Source of the DNA: an uncultured virus (IMG/VR IMGVR_UViG_3300023371_000086)
Lineage: Duplodnaviria; Heunggongvirae; Uroviricota; Caudoviricetes
Virus record (IMG/VR): IMGVR_UViG_3300023371_000086
Reading direction: 5' to 3' (one strand)
Length of the DNA: 61,733 nt
Made by a program: the position numbers and the translations under genes. Below, piece after piece: positions 8,694 to 19,755 of this stretch (the stretch's first letter is position 1; every line of letters starts with the position of its first letter). The notes below the pieces were generated by a model. That model was given only the letters and a program-made list of their open reading frames with translations. It ran no database searches and was not told the origin of the DNA.

Positions 8694-11381
8694 ATTTTCG
8701 GCTTCTAGAGCCTTTACTTTATCTTCCAATATCTTTACTCTATCTTCAAGATTGAGTGTCTTATTCGCAAGGGAAATGCCGATTGCAACGCCCAAAGTAG
8801 AATAGTCCAAGGTCTTGAAATCTTCTCCCTTCACAAGCCATGGAGCAACCTTCTCCCAATACTGAGCAGATGAACCAAGGTGTACTGAATCATCATCTCT
8901 GTCGTTCCACTTGAATGTGAATAAAGGAGCTTCTGCGATGTCCGAGAGTGCGATGCGATGGTCGGTAATCTTGTCCTTGAAGCGGATGTCTGAACCCGAA
9001 GAGGTGTCTCCTGCAACGATGAGGTTGCCGTTGATTCTTGAGTTTCCATTCACATCCAGCTTGTAAGCGGGGCTTGTAGTTCCTATGCCGACATTGCCGC
9101 CATCGGCAATAAACATTCTTGTATGACCGCCACTATTGATAAAATTAATACCTTTACCCCATAGATAAGTAGGCAACTCACTCCTATTGGCTGAACCATA
9201 GCCGATGTAAAGAGCATTAGACTTCTTGTCAAGGATTTCTATACCACCCATTCCTAATGCACCGTTTATCGTTCCTCCTGCCGTACTCAGCGGAGTATAT
9301 CCGAGAGCATCTGTCACAATCTTCGCAGAAGGAATCCGATAGATGCCGAGTCCTTGACCTGTATTGGTCAGTCCTCCCTGCGCATCAATAGCGAGTGAGA
9401 GCTGATAGCCGTTCACTGAGATATAGTCATCTCCTGTAAGAGTGATGCCCGTGATGTAGCCTTTCTCGGTTACCCACTCCTTAGAAGCATACTCCCCAAG
9501 GTCAGAAGCGAGTGCCGTTTTAGTAACATAGTCTTTGAGAGTATCAGCCAATGCAGAGACCGCCCTTGCGTTGGTAAAGTAGAGGTTGCCGCTCTCGGCA
9601 ATCTGCGAGGTATTAGACGGAATGGTAGGTCTTCCCGTAAGGTCACCATACTTTCCGCTTGTCGCTACCGCAGCAAAGGAAGGCTTACCTGTAATCGCAG
9701 TCCAAGCCATTGTGGTAGGTATCTCGGTCTTGAGTGCATAGCCTTCCAACGCAGCCGAGGTGATGTAGCCTTTCTCGGTTACCCACTCCTTAGAAGCATA
9801 CTCCCCAAGGTCAGAAGCGAGTGCCGTTTTAGTAACATAGTCTTTGAGAGTATCAGCCAATGCAGAGACCGCCCTTGCGTTGGTAAAGTAGAGGTTGCCG
9901 CTCTCGGCAATCTGCGAGGTATTAGACGGAATGGTAGGTCTTCCCGTAAGGTCACCATACTTTCCGCTTGTCGCTACCGCAGCAAAGGAAGGCTTACCTG
10001 TAATCGCAGTCCAAGCCATTGTGGTAGGTATCTCGGTCTTGAGTGCATAGCCTTCCAACGCAGCCGAGGTGATGAATCCCGCATCGTTAGTGAACTCAGT
10101 CAGATTCGTAGGCTTGCCCTCGATGGCAGACCATGTAAGGCTTGTCGGATAGTCGGGGATGGTAAGGATGCCGTTAACAGGGTTGTCATAGGTCTGTCCG
10201 TTGACCTTGATTCCTATGAGTGTTCCTGCCACTTCGGGATTGCTTCCCGTTCCTCCTGTGCTTGTGTCACCTGCGACAATGAGGTTTCCGTTAATCTTGA
10301 TGTTGTTTGTTCCATCCTTGACAATAAGAGACATCAAGTCATCCCACCAAGTCTTGTATGTAGCGGTGATGTCCTCCTCTGCCTTGACCCTTGTAGTGAG
10401 GGCTTCGATAGCATCAAAGTTCTTCTTGATGTTTCCTGCATTGTCGGCTATGGCAAGCTCGTTGACGCCTACCCTTCCTGCAAGAGTGCCAAGATCGGAA
10501 TCCAAGGCTCTCTTGGCTATGTCAGCATTCATGGTAGACAAGATAGCAGCAAGGTCATCAGAGCTGCTGTATCCGTCAAGGAATGCCTTGACCTCGTTCC
10601 AAGTGTTGATGACACCCGCAGCCTCCTCATCCATTCCGAGGATGGCTTCTATGTTGTCTACTTCGGTCTGCAAGGTGGCAAGGGATGCCGTAGTTGCGTA
10701 TTGACCGAGATTCAGCGCGGTTATAGCGTCCGTGACATACGCCTCCGTAGCGTAGCCGTCTAACGAAGGAATGTCCGTCAGCTTCGCGTATCCATCAAGT
10801 GAAGGAATATCGGTCAGCTTGGCATACCCTTCTAACGAAGGAATGTCAACCCCTGCAATAGCCTTCGCTATCTCCGCAAGGGTCTCCTGCTTCGTATAGT
10901 AATCCGACAAGTCCACATCCACCTCAAGGTTCGCGAGCACATCGCTCATATCCACGATACCGTTAGTCGGCTCAAGGATAGTGTCAGCGTCTACGCGGAT
11001 GCCTGTCACCGTACCGCTCACGCCTTGGTCTTCGCCCGTACCGCCAGTGGATGTATCCTTAGTCACTATCAAGTTGTTCTTGATGATGACATTCCGGTCG
11101 GTCACAAGGTTGCCGTCATCATCGAGGGACCACATGGAGGCGAGGAGATCAGCAAGAGAGGTTACTGAAGCAGCTGTTGCATAGTGAGAAGCTGGGTAAC
11201 CTCCAAGTTTATCTGAATCTGTCGCTTTGCCCGTAGAGCCTGTAGTTATAGATATGATATCCGCACCTAATATATCAACCATAGACAAAAGAACTTCCTG
11301 CAGCAAAAAGCCTGTAATTTCTCTGCTGGCATTTCCTTTTATGGAATTTTGTATCTTTAATCGTAGCTGGTCGTAATCCAT
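8670..11381 (-). CDS. tail fibre with C-terminal intramolecular chaperone (peptidase S74)
   Basis: 903 aa; GNVGIGTTSPAYKLDVNG repeat, SDIRFKDKI autocleavage motif, terminal coiled coil. Confidence 0.88.
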   Translation of the reverse strand: MDYDQLRLKIQNSIKGNASREITGFLLQEVLLSMVDILGADIISITTGSTGKATDSDKLGGYPASHYATAASVTSLADLLASMWSLDDDGNLVTDRNVIIKNNLIVTKDTSTGGTGEDQGVSGTVTGIRVDADTILEPTNGIVDMSDVLANLEVDVDLSDYYTKQETLAEIAKAIAGVDIPSLEGYAKLTDIPSLDGYAKLTDIPSLDGYATEAYVTDAITALNLGQYATTASLATLQTEVDNIEAILGMDEEAAGVINTWNEVKAFLDGYSSSDDLAAILSTMNADIAKRALDSDLGTLAGRVGVNELAIADNAGNIKKNFDAIEALTTRVKAEEDITATYKTWWDDLMSLIVKDGTNNIKINGNLIVAGDTSTGGTGSNPEVAGTLIGIKVNGQTYDNPVNGILTIPDYPTSLTWSAIEGKPTNLTEFTNDAGFITSAALEGYALKTEIPTTMAWTAITGKPSFAAVATSGKYGDLTGRPTIPSNTSQIAESGNLYFTNARAVSALADTLKDYVTKTALASDLGEYASKEWVTEKGYITSAALEGYALKTEIPTTMAWTAITGKPSFAAVATSGKYGDLTGRPTIPSNTSQIAESGNLYFTNARAVSALADTLKDYVTKTALASDLGEYASKEWVTEKGYITGITLTGDDYISVNGYQLSLAIDAQGGLTNTGQGLGIYRIPSAKIVTDALGYTPLSTAGGTINGALGMGGIEILDKKSNALYIGYGSANRSELPTYLWGKGINFINSGGHTRMFIADGGNVGIGTTSPAYKLDVNGNSRINGNLIVAGDTSSGSDIRFKDKITDHRIALSDIAEAPLFTFKWNDRDDDSVHLGSSAQYWEKVAPWLVKGEDFKTLDYSTLGVAIGISLANKTLNLEDRVKILEDKVKALEAENRRLRYGS
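9451..10074 (+). repeat. in-frame tandem duplication, 2 x 309 bp (103 aa)
   Basis: GTGATG-starting units at 9451 and 9760, partial third start at 10069; protein ITSAALEGY...EKGY occurs twice. Confidence 0.93.
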
Positions 11382-11383
11382 AA

Positions 11384-12235
11384 TTAATCTATGCTATAGT
11401 CGTCATTATATCCTTCATCGTAATCATCGAATCCAGGAGCTATTTTTTTTGCTACTGTGCCGACTTTAAATTCAGTACTTAAAACTGCTAGGTCTCCTTG
11501 CTCTAGCCAGTCTACTTCGATAACTATATTTGTACAGTTATATACGCCGTTTTCGTCACTTATCAGCACATTATCTGATAGGCGTATAAATCTAGTCACG
11601 TCACAAATAAACTCGGGGCCTAAAAAATTGAAGTTATAAACTTTCTCAGATATTTGCTTTTCAGCAAAAAATATGCCGTCTCTATCATCGCCTTCTTCTT
11701 CATACGTATACTTAGGCCTACCTATTTGAGTATCGATGTATAGGATATTTCTGAAGTTACCCCCGTAAAATATAACGCCTTGGTCCATAATAAAATCATG
11801 GTTATCCCACCATTCTACTTTTACGCAACTTGAAATATCAGTAACTGTAAATACGTCTGAATACCATTTAGTTGCGCCATCAGATATTTCAAAGTAATAT
11901 TGACCAAAAGGCAAAGCAAAATCTAAATCATTTGTAGCGGTATATACTAGGGCTGAATAGTCTGAGAAATTCGTAGAATATAGAGCCAAACCGCTACTAA
12001 TAAATGAATTTATTCTATTGCCTCCAACTTTATTATCATCTAGATCATATATTTGGATACTATAAGATGAAATAGAAGGCTCATTTATTTTAGGCAACAA
12101 AACTTGAAAAGGTATGAGTCTATTAGTAGAAACAGGCAGCGTATACACTTGGCCATAAGCGTACTTTTTACGGTGGTGCTGCTGCTGTAAAGATGAGTAC
12201 CAAGGCAGTACTGAAAAGTTATTATTCGTTATCAT
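11384..12235 (-). CDS. putative tail/baseplate protein
   Basis: 283 aa between hub-like gene and tail fibre. Confidence 0.6.
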   Translation of the reverse strand: MITNNNFSVLPWYSSLQQQHHRKKYAYGQVYTLPVSTNRLIPFQVLLPKINEPSISSYSIQIYDLDDNKVGGNRINSFISSGLALYSTNFSDYSALVYTATNDLDFALPFGQYYFEISDGATKWYSDVFTVTDISSCVKVEWWDNHDFIMDQGVIFYGGNFRNILYIDTQIGRPKYTYEEEGDDRDGIFFAEKQISEKVYNFNFLGPEFICDVTRFIRLSDNVLISDENGVYNCTNIVIEVDWLEQGDLAVLSTEFKVGTVAKKIAPGFDDYDEGYNDDYSID

Positions 12236-14444
12236 ATCGTAGTGTTGCTTGAGCTATCTGACTTGATAAGTTAATAGATACACTGTCTGCTAGCCCCCCG
12301 CCTATATTGGTTTTAATTAGCTGCATGGGATTTATTAAGCTCAGGCCTACTGGAAATTTTATGTCCTGCAGCTTATTTCTTCTCGTATCCTTTGTATCTG
12401 CTATATACTGTATATTATTAATCTTTACTTTTCTAGCGGGTAAGTCTTTTGTATAATATTTTGGCTGTAAATCTACGAATGCTAACAAACCATTCTGCAG
12501 TATATATTCGTACCCATCTACAGTCGTTTCTAAAAAAGGTAATTTATATAAGCCTTCATCTTGAACGGCTGCTAATACTGCAAAATTGTCATTAGAAAAA
12601 GCTTCTGGATTAAGTAGCATTAGATCTACATCCGATGAAAATTTTTGTACGTTAACTTCCTCGACATTACCTTTTTCTACATAATTACTCAGCACTTCTA
12701 TAGGATAGCCTTCAAAAGGTTTTGATACTGAATCAGCCCATTTAAATTGCATGTACTCAGGTATATCGAGTTTATCAAAACGATAAGAATTAGCGGCTGT
12801 TGTCCATGCTTTTTTAGTTTTAGGCTCTATTATATCTGATACGTCTATCCCTGAATTAGCTAAAGCTAAATAATTTAAGCCATTCCTAAAAAAACTCACA
12901 TGCTCTATTCTAAGGCACCCTCTTTCTACAAACCAATAGCATCTATAGCATGACTTAAGCATATCGAATATATTTCGCAAAGTTATTAGGGCCTTTTGCG
13001 CAGGTTGGTCATATTCGCCTTTTGTTATATTGGACATAGGCGTTATGAACAGCCTAAAAATATCTTGCGATACTGGATTCTTATCTTCATAGAAGAATCG
13101 AGAGCATAAAGGTGTCTCATCGAATGTTAATTCAGGCGCTACTTTTGCCAGTAATACCTTTATACAGCCAGCTAAAGTATACGCGTGCCTTAGTGTATAT
13201 TCTTTTCGGCCTGCATATTCTACCTGCTCTTCGTAAGTCAAAGGAGTATACCAAATAGAATTACGCAGCCAGGCAGAACGACCTACCGGGTAAAATTGAG
13301 AAGTTAAGACAGTATAGGGCTTTACGTAGTATTGGCCTGGTTGGTATAAGCCCCACTCAGTTGGCTCTTCAGTTAAAGCAGCTGAAATGCTGATATTTCG
13401 ACTAATATCTATGCCTAAGCATTTCTCATAGTTCATACTATTGTGTACTATGTCGTCTGAAGGTATTTCATAAGTCTCTTTGCCTTTATAGTTATCTACA
13501 TCTAATAAAATTCTAGCGTATACTCCTGTTGCAGCGTAAGAAAAATATATAACGCCTAAATTATTAAATTCATCAGTGGGGCTTAAGGAAATAGATTCAT
13601 TTGGTTGATAATAATCTGCTGCAGTATTACGTTCCTTTATATATATGACTTTATTAGTTGACTTATCTATTAAACGAACTACTTTGAAGTAATATTTACT
13701 TGTATCTATCGGGCCTTCCCACGGTTCATCAGAAAATTGTTCACGTATATAAAATTCTAATTGGTAATTTGAGTTATCTACATGCGTAAAAAAAGCGTGC
13801 TCAACCATATTTTTATATGTATAGCCTTTTTCACTTATGTATTTACCCGCATAGATAGAAATACCTGTTACAGTAACTTCTTTAATATAAAAATTTTTAT
13901 AAAAGCTACCCTGCTCTAATCTAGAATCCCCCTCAAATACTACTTCAGATGGCTGCTCAAAATAAGTACCACCTATAAATGAAGTTAACACATCAGAGCC
14001 TTCTACGTATACTTGAATAGCAGGTCTCTTATATAAATTAATAGCCTGCATAGCTGGGGCCAGTGTTATCAAATCAAATTCCTTATCTAGACCGGCTACT
14101 ATATTTTCGTACCCATCAATCGGCGTTATTGAAACTTTAAGTATTTTATCGACTTCATTTATTGTACAATCAGTTCTTACAAATTTACCCTGGAAATATT
14201 CAGAATAATTTTTACCAAAATCAACTGATCTCTCGATCGATATATTTATATCTGAGTCAAAAGGCTTCGATAATATAAAATCAAAGTCGTCTTTTAGGAA
14301 TTTAAATTCGCCATTTAAGCTTGTCCTATAAAGTTGCTGCTCTTTCTCCAAAGTATAAACAAGACTGGTCTTGTCCCCGTAAAGAGGAAAGACCTGTCTA
14401 GTGTCATTATCGATAGTTATAAAAAACCTATACTTTGGATACAT
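12222..14444 (-). CDS. putative distal tail/baseplate hub protein
   Basis: 740 aa immediately downstream of tape measure gene. Confidence 0.6.
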   Translation of the reverse strand: MYPKYRFFITIDNDTRQVFPLYGDKTSLVYTLEKEQQLYRTSLNGEFKFLKDDFDFILSKPFDSDINISIERSVDFGKNYSEYFQGKFVRTDCTINEVDKILKVSITPIDGYENIVAGLDKEFDLITLAPAMQAINLYKRPAIQVYVEGSDVLTSFIGGTYFEQPSEVVFEGDSRLEQGSFYKNFYIKEVTVTGISIYAGKYISEKGYTYKNMVEHAFFTHVDNSNYQLEFYIREQFSDEPWEGPIDTSKYYFKVVRLIDKSTNKVIYIKERNTAADYYQPNESISLSPTDEFNNLGVIYFSYAATGVYARILLDVDNYKGKETYEIPSDDIVHNSMNYEKCLGIDISRNISISAALTEEPTEWGLYQPGQYYVKPYTVLTSQFYPVGRSAWLRNSIWYTPLTYEEQVEYAGRKEYTLRHAYTLAGCIKVLLAKVAPELTFDETPLCSRFFYEDKNPVSQDIFRLFITPMSNITKGEYDQPAQKALITLRNIFDMLKSCYRCYWFVERGCLRIEHVSFFRNGLNYLALANSGIDVSDIIEPKTKKAWTTAANSYRFDKLDIPEYMQFKWADSVSKPFEGYPIEVLSNYVEKGNVEEVNVQKFSSDVDLMLLNPEAFSNDNFAVLAAVQDEGLYKLPFLETTVDGYEYILQNGLLAFVDLQPKYYTKDLPARKVKINNIQYIADTKDTRRNKLQDIKFPVGLSLINPMQLIKTNIGGGLADSVSINLSSQIAQATLRYDNE

Positions 14445-14511
14445 ACCCTAAATTTTAAAAAACAGTTAAATATAATATAAAAATTTGTAATATAAAAATT
14501 TTTAACATATT

Positions 14512-17500
14512 TTAACTTTTGCGTATAATGCGCCTAACATTTTTATATTGTGTTATAACTGTTCCATCTGGTAAAACTGATGTTCTTAGCTCATTCTGTT
14601 TACGTATATTCTGCACGTCGTTCTCTATACGAGACAAGTCTATAGAAGCAGGTTGCTCAAAGAACATAGACACGCCATTAGGACTTGTAAAGGCTTTAAT
14701 ATATTTATCTTGGAAAGTGCCGTCATTAAAGCTTTCAATTACGTCAGGCAGAATTTTTCTATAACGCTTGGTATTTTTCTTATTTATAATAGCTAGTGCT
14801 TCGCCGCCCTCTACTTTCATTCGTCTGTTTTTCCTATTATTCACGCCCAGGTCAATATCGTTTCCTGACGCATGCGAACCACCTTCAAGGAATTCAAGAC
14901 CTCCTTCACCATATTCCTGTGAAGCTATTTGATTAGCTCTCGCTTTAGCTGCGATGAAAGAACCAAACATTGTAGCTATTGCTGCTATAGCTAAGCCTGG
15001 ACCTGCAACAGGTATTGACGACATAGTGCTCCATAGCTGCGCAGCAGCTGTAATAAGTGACGATGATTGAGTAATACTATTTATTTGTTCCTGGCGTCTT
15101 TGTGCCTCCTCAAGAAGTCGTTGTTTTTCTTCCTGATTCCTGCGCTCTTGCTCAAGCTCCTTTCTAGCTGTTTCTACGCTATTTGCGTAACCATTATTAC
15201 GTGCCTCAATCTCCGCGTCGTAGGCACTTTGTGCGGCATTTACACGTTCTTCTGCTGCCTCTACTGCAGCTTCAGCTGCTTCAATCTCGGCTTCTACAAT
15301 AGCATTTATATTAGCTATTACAGTATTAACTGCTTGCTGGAACGCGTCAATGGAAGCGTTGTCAAAACCAAGAGACTCAAGTATTCCACCCGTTAAGCCT
15401 TTATCTGCTACTTGGCCTATAAATCCTTGGAACCCTGAAAGTTTAGCTAATTCTCTATCAACACTAGCTACAGTAGCTTCGGCTGTTTCAATTTGAGCTT
15501 GTGACCAATCGAGTAATCCTACTTTGGCAAAATTTAATTGGCCCTGCCAACGTTTGCGCTCTTGCTCTAACGTAAACTGGGTAATTTCACGCTCGGTGTG
15601 TTGTACTGCTTTAAATTTAGCTTCCTCGAGAGCTAAACGTTGTTCAAAAGTATTTTGAGCGTAGCTTGTTCCTATATCAGTTGCTTGTTTATTAAAGCTT
15701 GCATTTATATCGTCTTCTGATACTCTTTGGCTTTCTGGTAATTTCGCATTTTCTAATAATGCTATTTGCCTTTGTTTACGAAGCAGCTGAAGTTGTATGG
15801 CAACCTCTTCCTGCGAACCCTTCTTTACAGCACTAAGTCTAAGATTTAAGCCTTCCTCAAGTATTTTAAGACTATTAATTTCTCTATCACGGTCAATTTC
15901 TTCTAACGTCTGACTATATTCTTTACGCAAATTTATAATAGTCTCGCCAATCCATTCCTGCGCATTTTTAATAGTTTCAAGTTGCTCATCTGTGAGTTCT
16001 TTATACTTATTATCTGCATCCGCTAAAATGCGCTCATTTTTATCATACATATTTTGAAGGTCTATAAGTCCTGTATCGTAGGCTTCCTGTGCTTCTTTTC
16101 TGCGTTTAGCAAATTCGTCTCGTTCAAGTTCAGTAATTGATGATGTGTATTTTTTGGCAACTCTTAGCTTCATATTATTAATATAGTCAGTAAGGTCGCG
16201 AAGCTGTTTCTCGCGGTCATTACTCTCCTTATCAGGTTCTGTATATATGCCGAGCACCTGATTGCTAGCTTGTTCTGCCGCTCTACCTAACTCATAATAC
16301 AAGTCAATCTCTTTTTCCATCCCCTGTATTTTTTCTTCTTGCGCCTTGATTGCTGCTTCGTATTGTTCTTGCGGAGTAATAATTCTAGTAGGTACAGCTG
16401 CTGAGCCTATGCTGCCAGACATAGCTGGCGTAGTCATACCAGTTTGCATACCCTGCATTCTAAATGCTGACGCGCCTTTTGCTTGAATTTGTCTAAGCTG
16501 CTCTTCCTCTTGCAGAAGTTTTTCGTATTTCTCTTGCACAATTTTATATGAAGCCGCCGCGCGAGCTCTATCTTGGAAAGCTTTCTTTATAGCCGCAGTA
16601 TTTTCGATAAGAAGAGCTTCTGCGTCAGATGTATCGTATACAGCTACGTTAAGTTGTTGCCAGGCATCCTTATTATCTTCTATCCACTTTGTTTTTTCGG
16701 CCTCTGTTCTAAGAGTATCCCACTCTTCACGTAATTTACGGAGAGTAAGCATGTTTTCACCGTAATTAGCATTTGTACTCTCCATCTCTTCAGCTATATT
16801 TTTTGTAGCTTTAGCTAATTCGAGAACAGCATTTTTGCCTTTGAAAGTATCCCTCACAAACTGTAAAATCTCTTTACCGTATGCAGAAAAAGCAGTTAAT
16901 ACTATTACGAGAGCTGACTGCCAAGAAAACAAAGCTTTAATAATTTGCTTAGAAACTGGTACTATTTCTTTTCCTTGTGCAAGCATATTTTTATTTGCAA
17001 GTCTAGCTCTATTTATTTCATCTACGAGAATAGGTATGTTGTTAGAAATAGCTAAGAAAAAAGTATTAAGTGACACGGTAGCAGTAGGAAGTTCTCTTAC
17101 GACCTGCTGTACTGAGTATCCTAGACCACCCCAAGATTGAGCATAGTCACCCACTCCAAGAGTATATACACCCGTAGCTTCTTGGAATCGTCTCATCTCG
17201 GCATACATCTGCCTAGCTTGCTCTTGGAGCCTTTCCAGCTCAGCAGCGCCTTCAGCGGTAGTAACATTGAGGCCTTTCATTTTGAACTTCACCAAGTCAT
17301 ATGTAGCTGCCAATTCATTATACGAGCCTTTCTCAGCTATAGCTAACTTGGCTTTAAGCTGCGCTTCTGTATTAGCCTGTTTAGTTTGCAGTGCAAGGAC
17401 CTTAAGTTGCTCATTTTCGTCTGACCTAGCTTTTGCTAACTTCTCTTGTGCGGCAGCTAGCGGGTCTACAGTTGCTTTTTCTTCTTTACGTGCTGCAGTA

Positions 17501-18117
17501 ACTTCACGAATTTGCCTTTTTACTTCTAGAAGCCTTTGGCCTTCCTCTGATTGTAAATAAGCTAATTCTTTTTCAGCTTTTTGAAGACGGGTCATTTGCT
17601 CTACTACAGGCTTAATCGCGCTATCTAAAGCTTTGAGTTCCGCATTTTTTGCGCGAAGTTCAGAAATTATTTGCTCACCAAATTCTGACTCATTACGCTC
17701 GGCTGCAGAAAGGCTTCTGTATTGAGCAGTTAATTCTTTGACTTCAGCTTTTATTCTAGCATAAGAATCACTAGCTGAAGCCAACTGTCTATTTTGTTCT
17801 ACAGTGGCTTTGTTGACGTCCCTGGTCATCATTTTAAGAATAGCAACTTGCTGTCCAGTATCGGATAGTGCAAAAGCTAGTTCGTTCTGTGCACGTTGAT
17901 ATCTTTCAGCAGCTAAAGTAGCTTCGTCAATTACTTTTCTACCTTCTCTTGTAGCACCACTCGCACTTCTAAGAGATTTGGTTATATTTTCAGCGCCTGC
18001 TTTAACTAACTCAACAACACTGCCATATGCAGTATTCAATTCACTGAGTTGTCTTATTAGATTTTCGATCGTGCCATCTAGTTGTATAAGGTCACTCTCT
18101 TTTATTACCTCTTCCAT
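14512..18117 (-). CDS. tail tape measure protein
   Basis: 1201 aa, long Ala/Glu-rich coiled coils, VGDYA..W and QQVVRELP motifs, hydrophobic segments. Confidence 0.88.
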   Translation of the reverse strand: MEEVIKESDLIQLDGTIENLIRQLSELNTAYGSVVELVKAGAENITKSLRSASGATREGRKVIDEATLAAERYQRAQNELAFALSDTGQQVAILKMMTRDVNKATVEQNRQLASASDSYARIKAEVKELTAQYRSLSAAERNESEFGEQIISELRAKNAELKALDSAIKPVVEQMTRLQKAEKELAYLQSEEGQRLLEVKRQIREVTAARKEEKATVDPLAAAQEKLAKARSDENEQLKVLALQTKQANTEAQLKAKLAIAEKGSYNELAATYDLVKFKMKGLNVTTAEGAAELERLQEQARQMYAEMRRFQEATGVYTLGVGDYAQSWGGLGYSVQQVVRELPTATVSLNTFFLAISNNIPILVDEINRARLANKNMLAQGKEIVPVSKQIIKALFSWQSALVIVLTAFSAYGKEILQFVRDTFKGKNAVLELAKATKNIAEEMESTNANYGENMLTLRKLREEWDTLRTEAEKTKWIEDNKDAWQQLNVAVYDTSDAEALLIENTAAIKKAFQDRARAAASYKIVQEKYEKLLQEEEQLRQIQAKGASAFRMQGMQTGMTTPAMSGSIGSAAVPTRIITPQEQYEAAIKAQEEKIQGMEKEIDLYYELGRAAEQASNQVLGIYTEPDKESNDREKQLRDLTDYINNMKLRVAKKYTSSITELERDEFAKRRKEAQEAYDTGLIDLQNMYDKNERILADADNKYKELTDEQLETIKNAQEWIGETIINLRKEYSQTLEEIDRDREINSLKILEEGLNLRLSAVKKGSQEEVAIQLQLLRKQRQIALLENAKLPESQRVSEDDINASFNKQATDIGTSYAQNTFEQRLALEEAKFKAVQHTEREITQFTLEQERKRWQGQLNFAKVGLLDWSQAQIETAEATVASVDRELAKLSGFQGFIGQVADKGLTGGILESLGFDNASIDAFQQAVNTVIANINAIVEAEIEAAEAAVEAAEERVNAAQSAYDAEIEARNNGYANSVETARKELEQERRNQEEKQRLLEEAQRRQEQINSITQSSSLITAAAQLWSTMSSIPVAGPGLAIAAIATMFGSFIAAKARANQIASQEYGEGGLEFLEGGSHASGNDIDLGVNNRKNRRMKVEGGEALAIINKKNTKRYRKILPDVIESFNDGTFQDKYIKAFTSPNGVSMFFEQPASIDLSRIENDVQNIRKQNELRTSVLPDGTVITQYKNVRRIIRKS

Positions 18118-18122
18118 GTGTT

Positions 18123-18890
18123 CTATCTTTTATGCTTTTTATATGCCCTTTGTTCTGCTTCTGTTTGCTGCTTTATATTCTCCAAAGAACTGTAAAACTG
18201 CAACACAGTCATTTTTCTTGCATCTTGGTTCGCTTTTTGAGAAATGATAAGACACATTGTTTCAAACTGCTTATCGTATTTTATCTCTACTGACTCGTCT
18301 CCCAAAAATGATTTGGGCTTATGTAGATTGAAAAGATAGTCGTCTATTGCGTTTATCTCTGAGGAAGTATCTTTGCCATCTGTGACTCTCTCTAAAACTA
18401 ATAGAGTTCTGCTTTTCAATCTATCATATGCCTCTTTCTCCTTAACATTTACGAATTCTTGTGGAAAGTAAAGTTCTAGCTCTGCTTGTATTTTTTTTTT
18501 AATCTCGGCCAACATATGTATAAGCCAAGAGTGTTTAACTGTCTTTATGTCATCGAGCAAAGCTTTTAGATTATTGTCTGATAGGTCTTCAACCTTCTTA
18601 CCATCTACACTATGTATCAAAGCAGCAAAAGCCAAATACTTAGGAGAAATATTACTAGCTATCATAAATAGATTTTGCCTCATGTTTTGCAACTCTTGTA
18701 TAGCTAGTGATTTATTGCTCTTTATGTATTTAGCGATTTTTGAAATATGCTGGTCGATATCATTTACATCTGAGCCTATGCCAGCATCTATGAGAAGATA
18801 CTTGTTGTACTTCTGAAAATTTATAATAGGCAGCTCATCGATGCTGTCGTACAACAGCAATCTTTTGTTGTTTATTACTACTGCTTTCAT
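18123..18890 (-). CDS. putative tail assembly chaperone
   Basis: Directly upstream of tape measure gene; central A10 run at 18491-18500 encoding KKK. Confidence 0.55.
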   Translation of the reverse strand: MKAVVINNKRLLLYDSIDELPIINFQKYNKYLLIDAGIGSDVNDIDQHISKIAKYIKSNKSLAIQELQNMRQNLFMIASNISPKYLAFAALIHSVDGKKVEDLSDNNLKALLDDIKTVKHSWLIHMLAEIKKKIQAELELYFPQEFVNVKEKEAYDRLKSRTLLVLERVTDGKDTSSEINAIDDYLFNLHKPKSFLGDESVEIKYDKQFETMCLIISQKANQDARKMTVLQFYSSLENIKQQTEAEQRAYKKHKR

Positions 18891-19141
18891 ACAATGTATC
18901 TCGTTAGCGGAGTTGATAATACAGGTACAACCAATAAAGCAAAATTACCCGTGATTATGATTAACAACAGGCATATAACTAAATTAGTCCAAAAACAAAG
19001 ACAAAATTCACACCCAAAAAGCTTAGACATGAATTTGCAGCTTCTTTCGATTATAAAATCTCTAAATCCTATTTTGCCAATAAGCTGAATGACAAATGCT
19101 GATACTAAAGCGATTGTAATTATTTGATATAATGTTGGCAT
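18887..19141 (-). CDS. small membrane protein with CxxC motif
   Basis: GCEFCLCFW plus hydrophobic helices. Confidence 0.65.
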   Translation of the reverse strand: MPTLYQIITIALVSAFVIQLIGKIGFRDFIIERSCKFMSKLFGCEFCLCFWTNLVICLLLIIITGNFALLVVPVLSTPLTRYIV

Positions 19142-19755
19142 AATTCTCTAGTTGTTAATGTGAATTCTATTCTAAGGCCAGAGTACGGATATACGAAAAA
19201 CTGTTTATCTATGCTCTGTATACCTTCGCCTTTGTACGAGTAACTATCGTAAATCTTTTCTATAGCGTAGTCTTTATATATATTCTCAGGCCTCTCGTAT
19301 ATCCTATCTATGGTCAATTTGCTATTTGTTTTGATAAATCCAGGAGTAGTTAGCAGCCTTACTATCTCGTCTTTAACCTCTTCAGAATAAATAACAGACC
19401 TGTCTTCATATATACTGCTGAGGTCATACCAAAACACCAAGGCTCCACTAAAGGTAAACTGAGGTCTTGATTGTATATTGTCAACTATATCCTGCGGGTC
19501 ATAAATATCAAACCACGAAAAATTACCGTAGTTATCGTTTGGCAAAAGCGATACGTATTCTCCATTTCCATTATATGCAGCTGGATAAATAAACTTTTTA
19601 CCATCAGACCTGTGCTCGACCATCTTATATGATTTACCAAACGCGTAGTCGAGCCAAGATAGTTTGTCTTTTAATGCTTTCTGAATATCCTGAAGCACTT
19701 TATCTAAGAGAACAGGCTTATCTTTGAATTTAATCCTTACTGTGTTTTCTCTCAT
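19120..19755 (-). CDS. putative neck/tail-completion protein
   Basis: 211 aa in head-tail joining block. Confidence 0.5.
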   Translation of the reverse strand: MRENTVRIKFKDKPVLLDKVLQDIQKALKDKLSWLDYAFGKSYKMVEHRSDGKKFIYPAAYNGNGEYVSLLPNDNYGNFSWFDIYDPQDIVDNIQSRPQFTFSGALVFWYDLSSIYEDRSVIYSEEVKDEIVRLLTTPGFIKTNSKLTIDRIYERPENIYKDYAIEKIYDSYSYKGEGIQSIDKQFFVYPYSGLRIEFTLTTRELCQHYIK

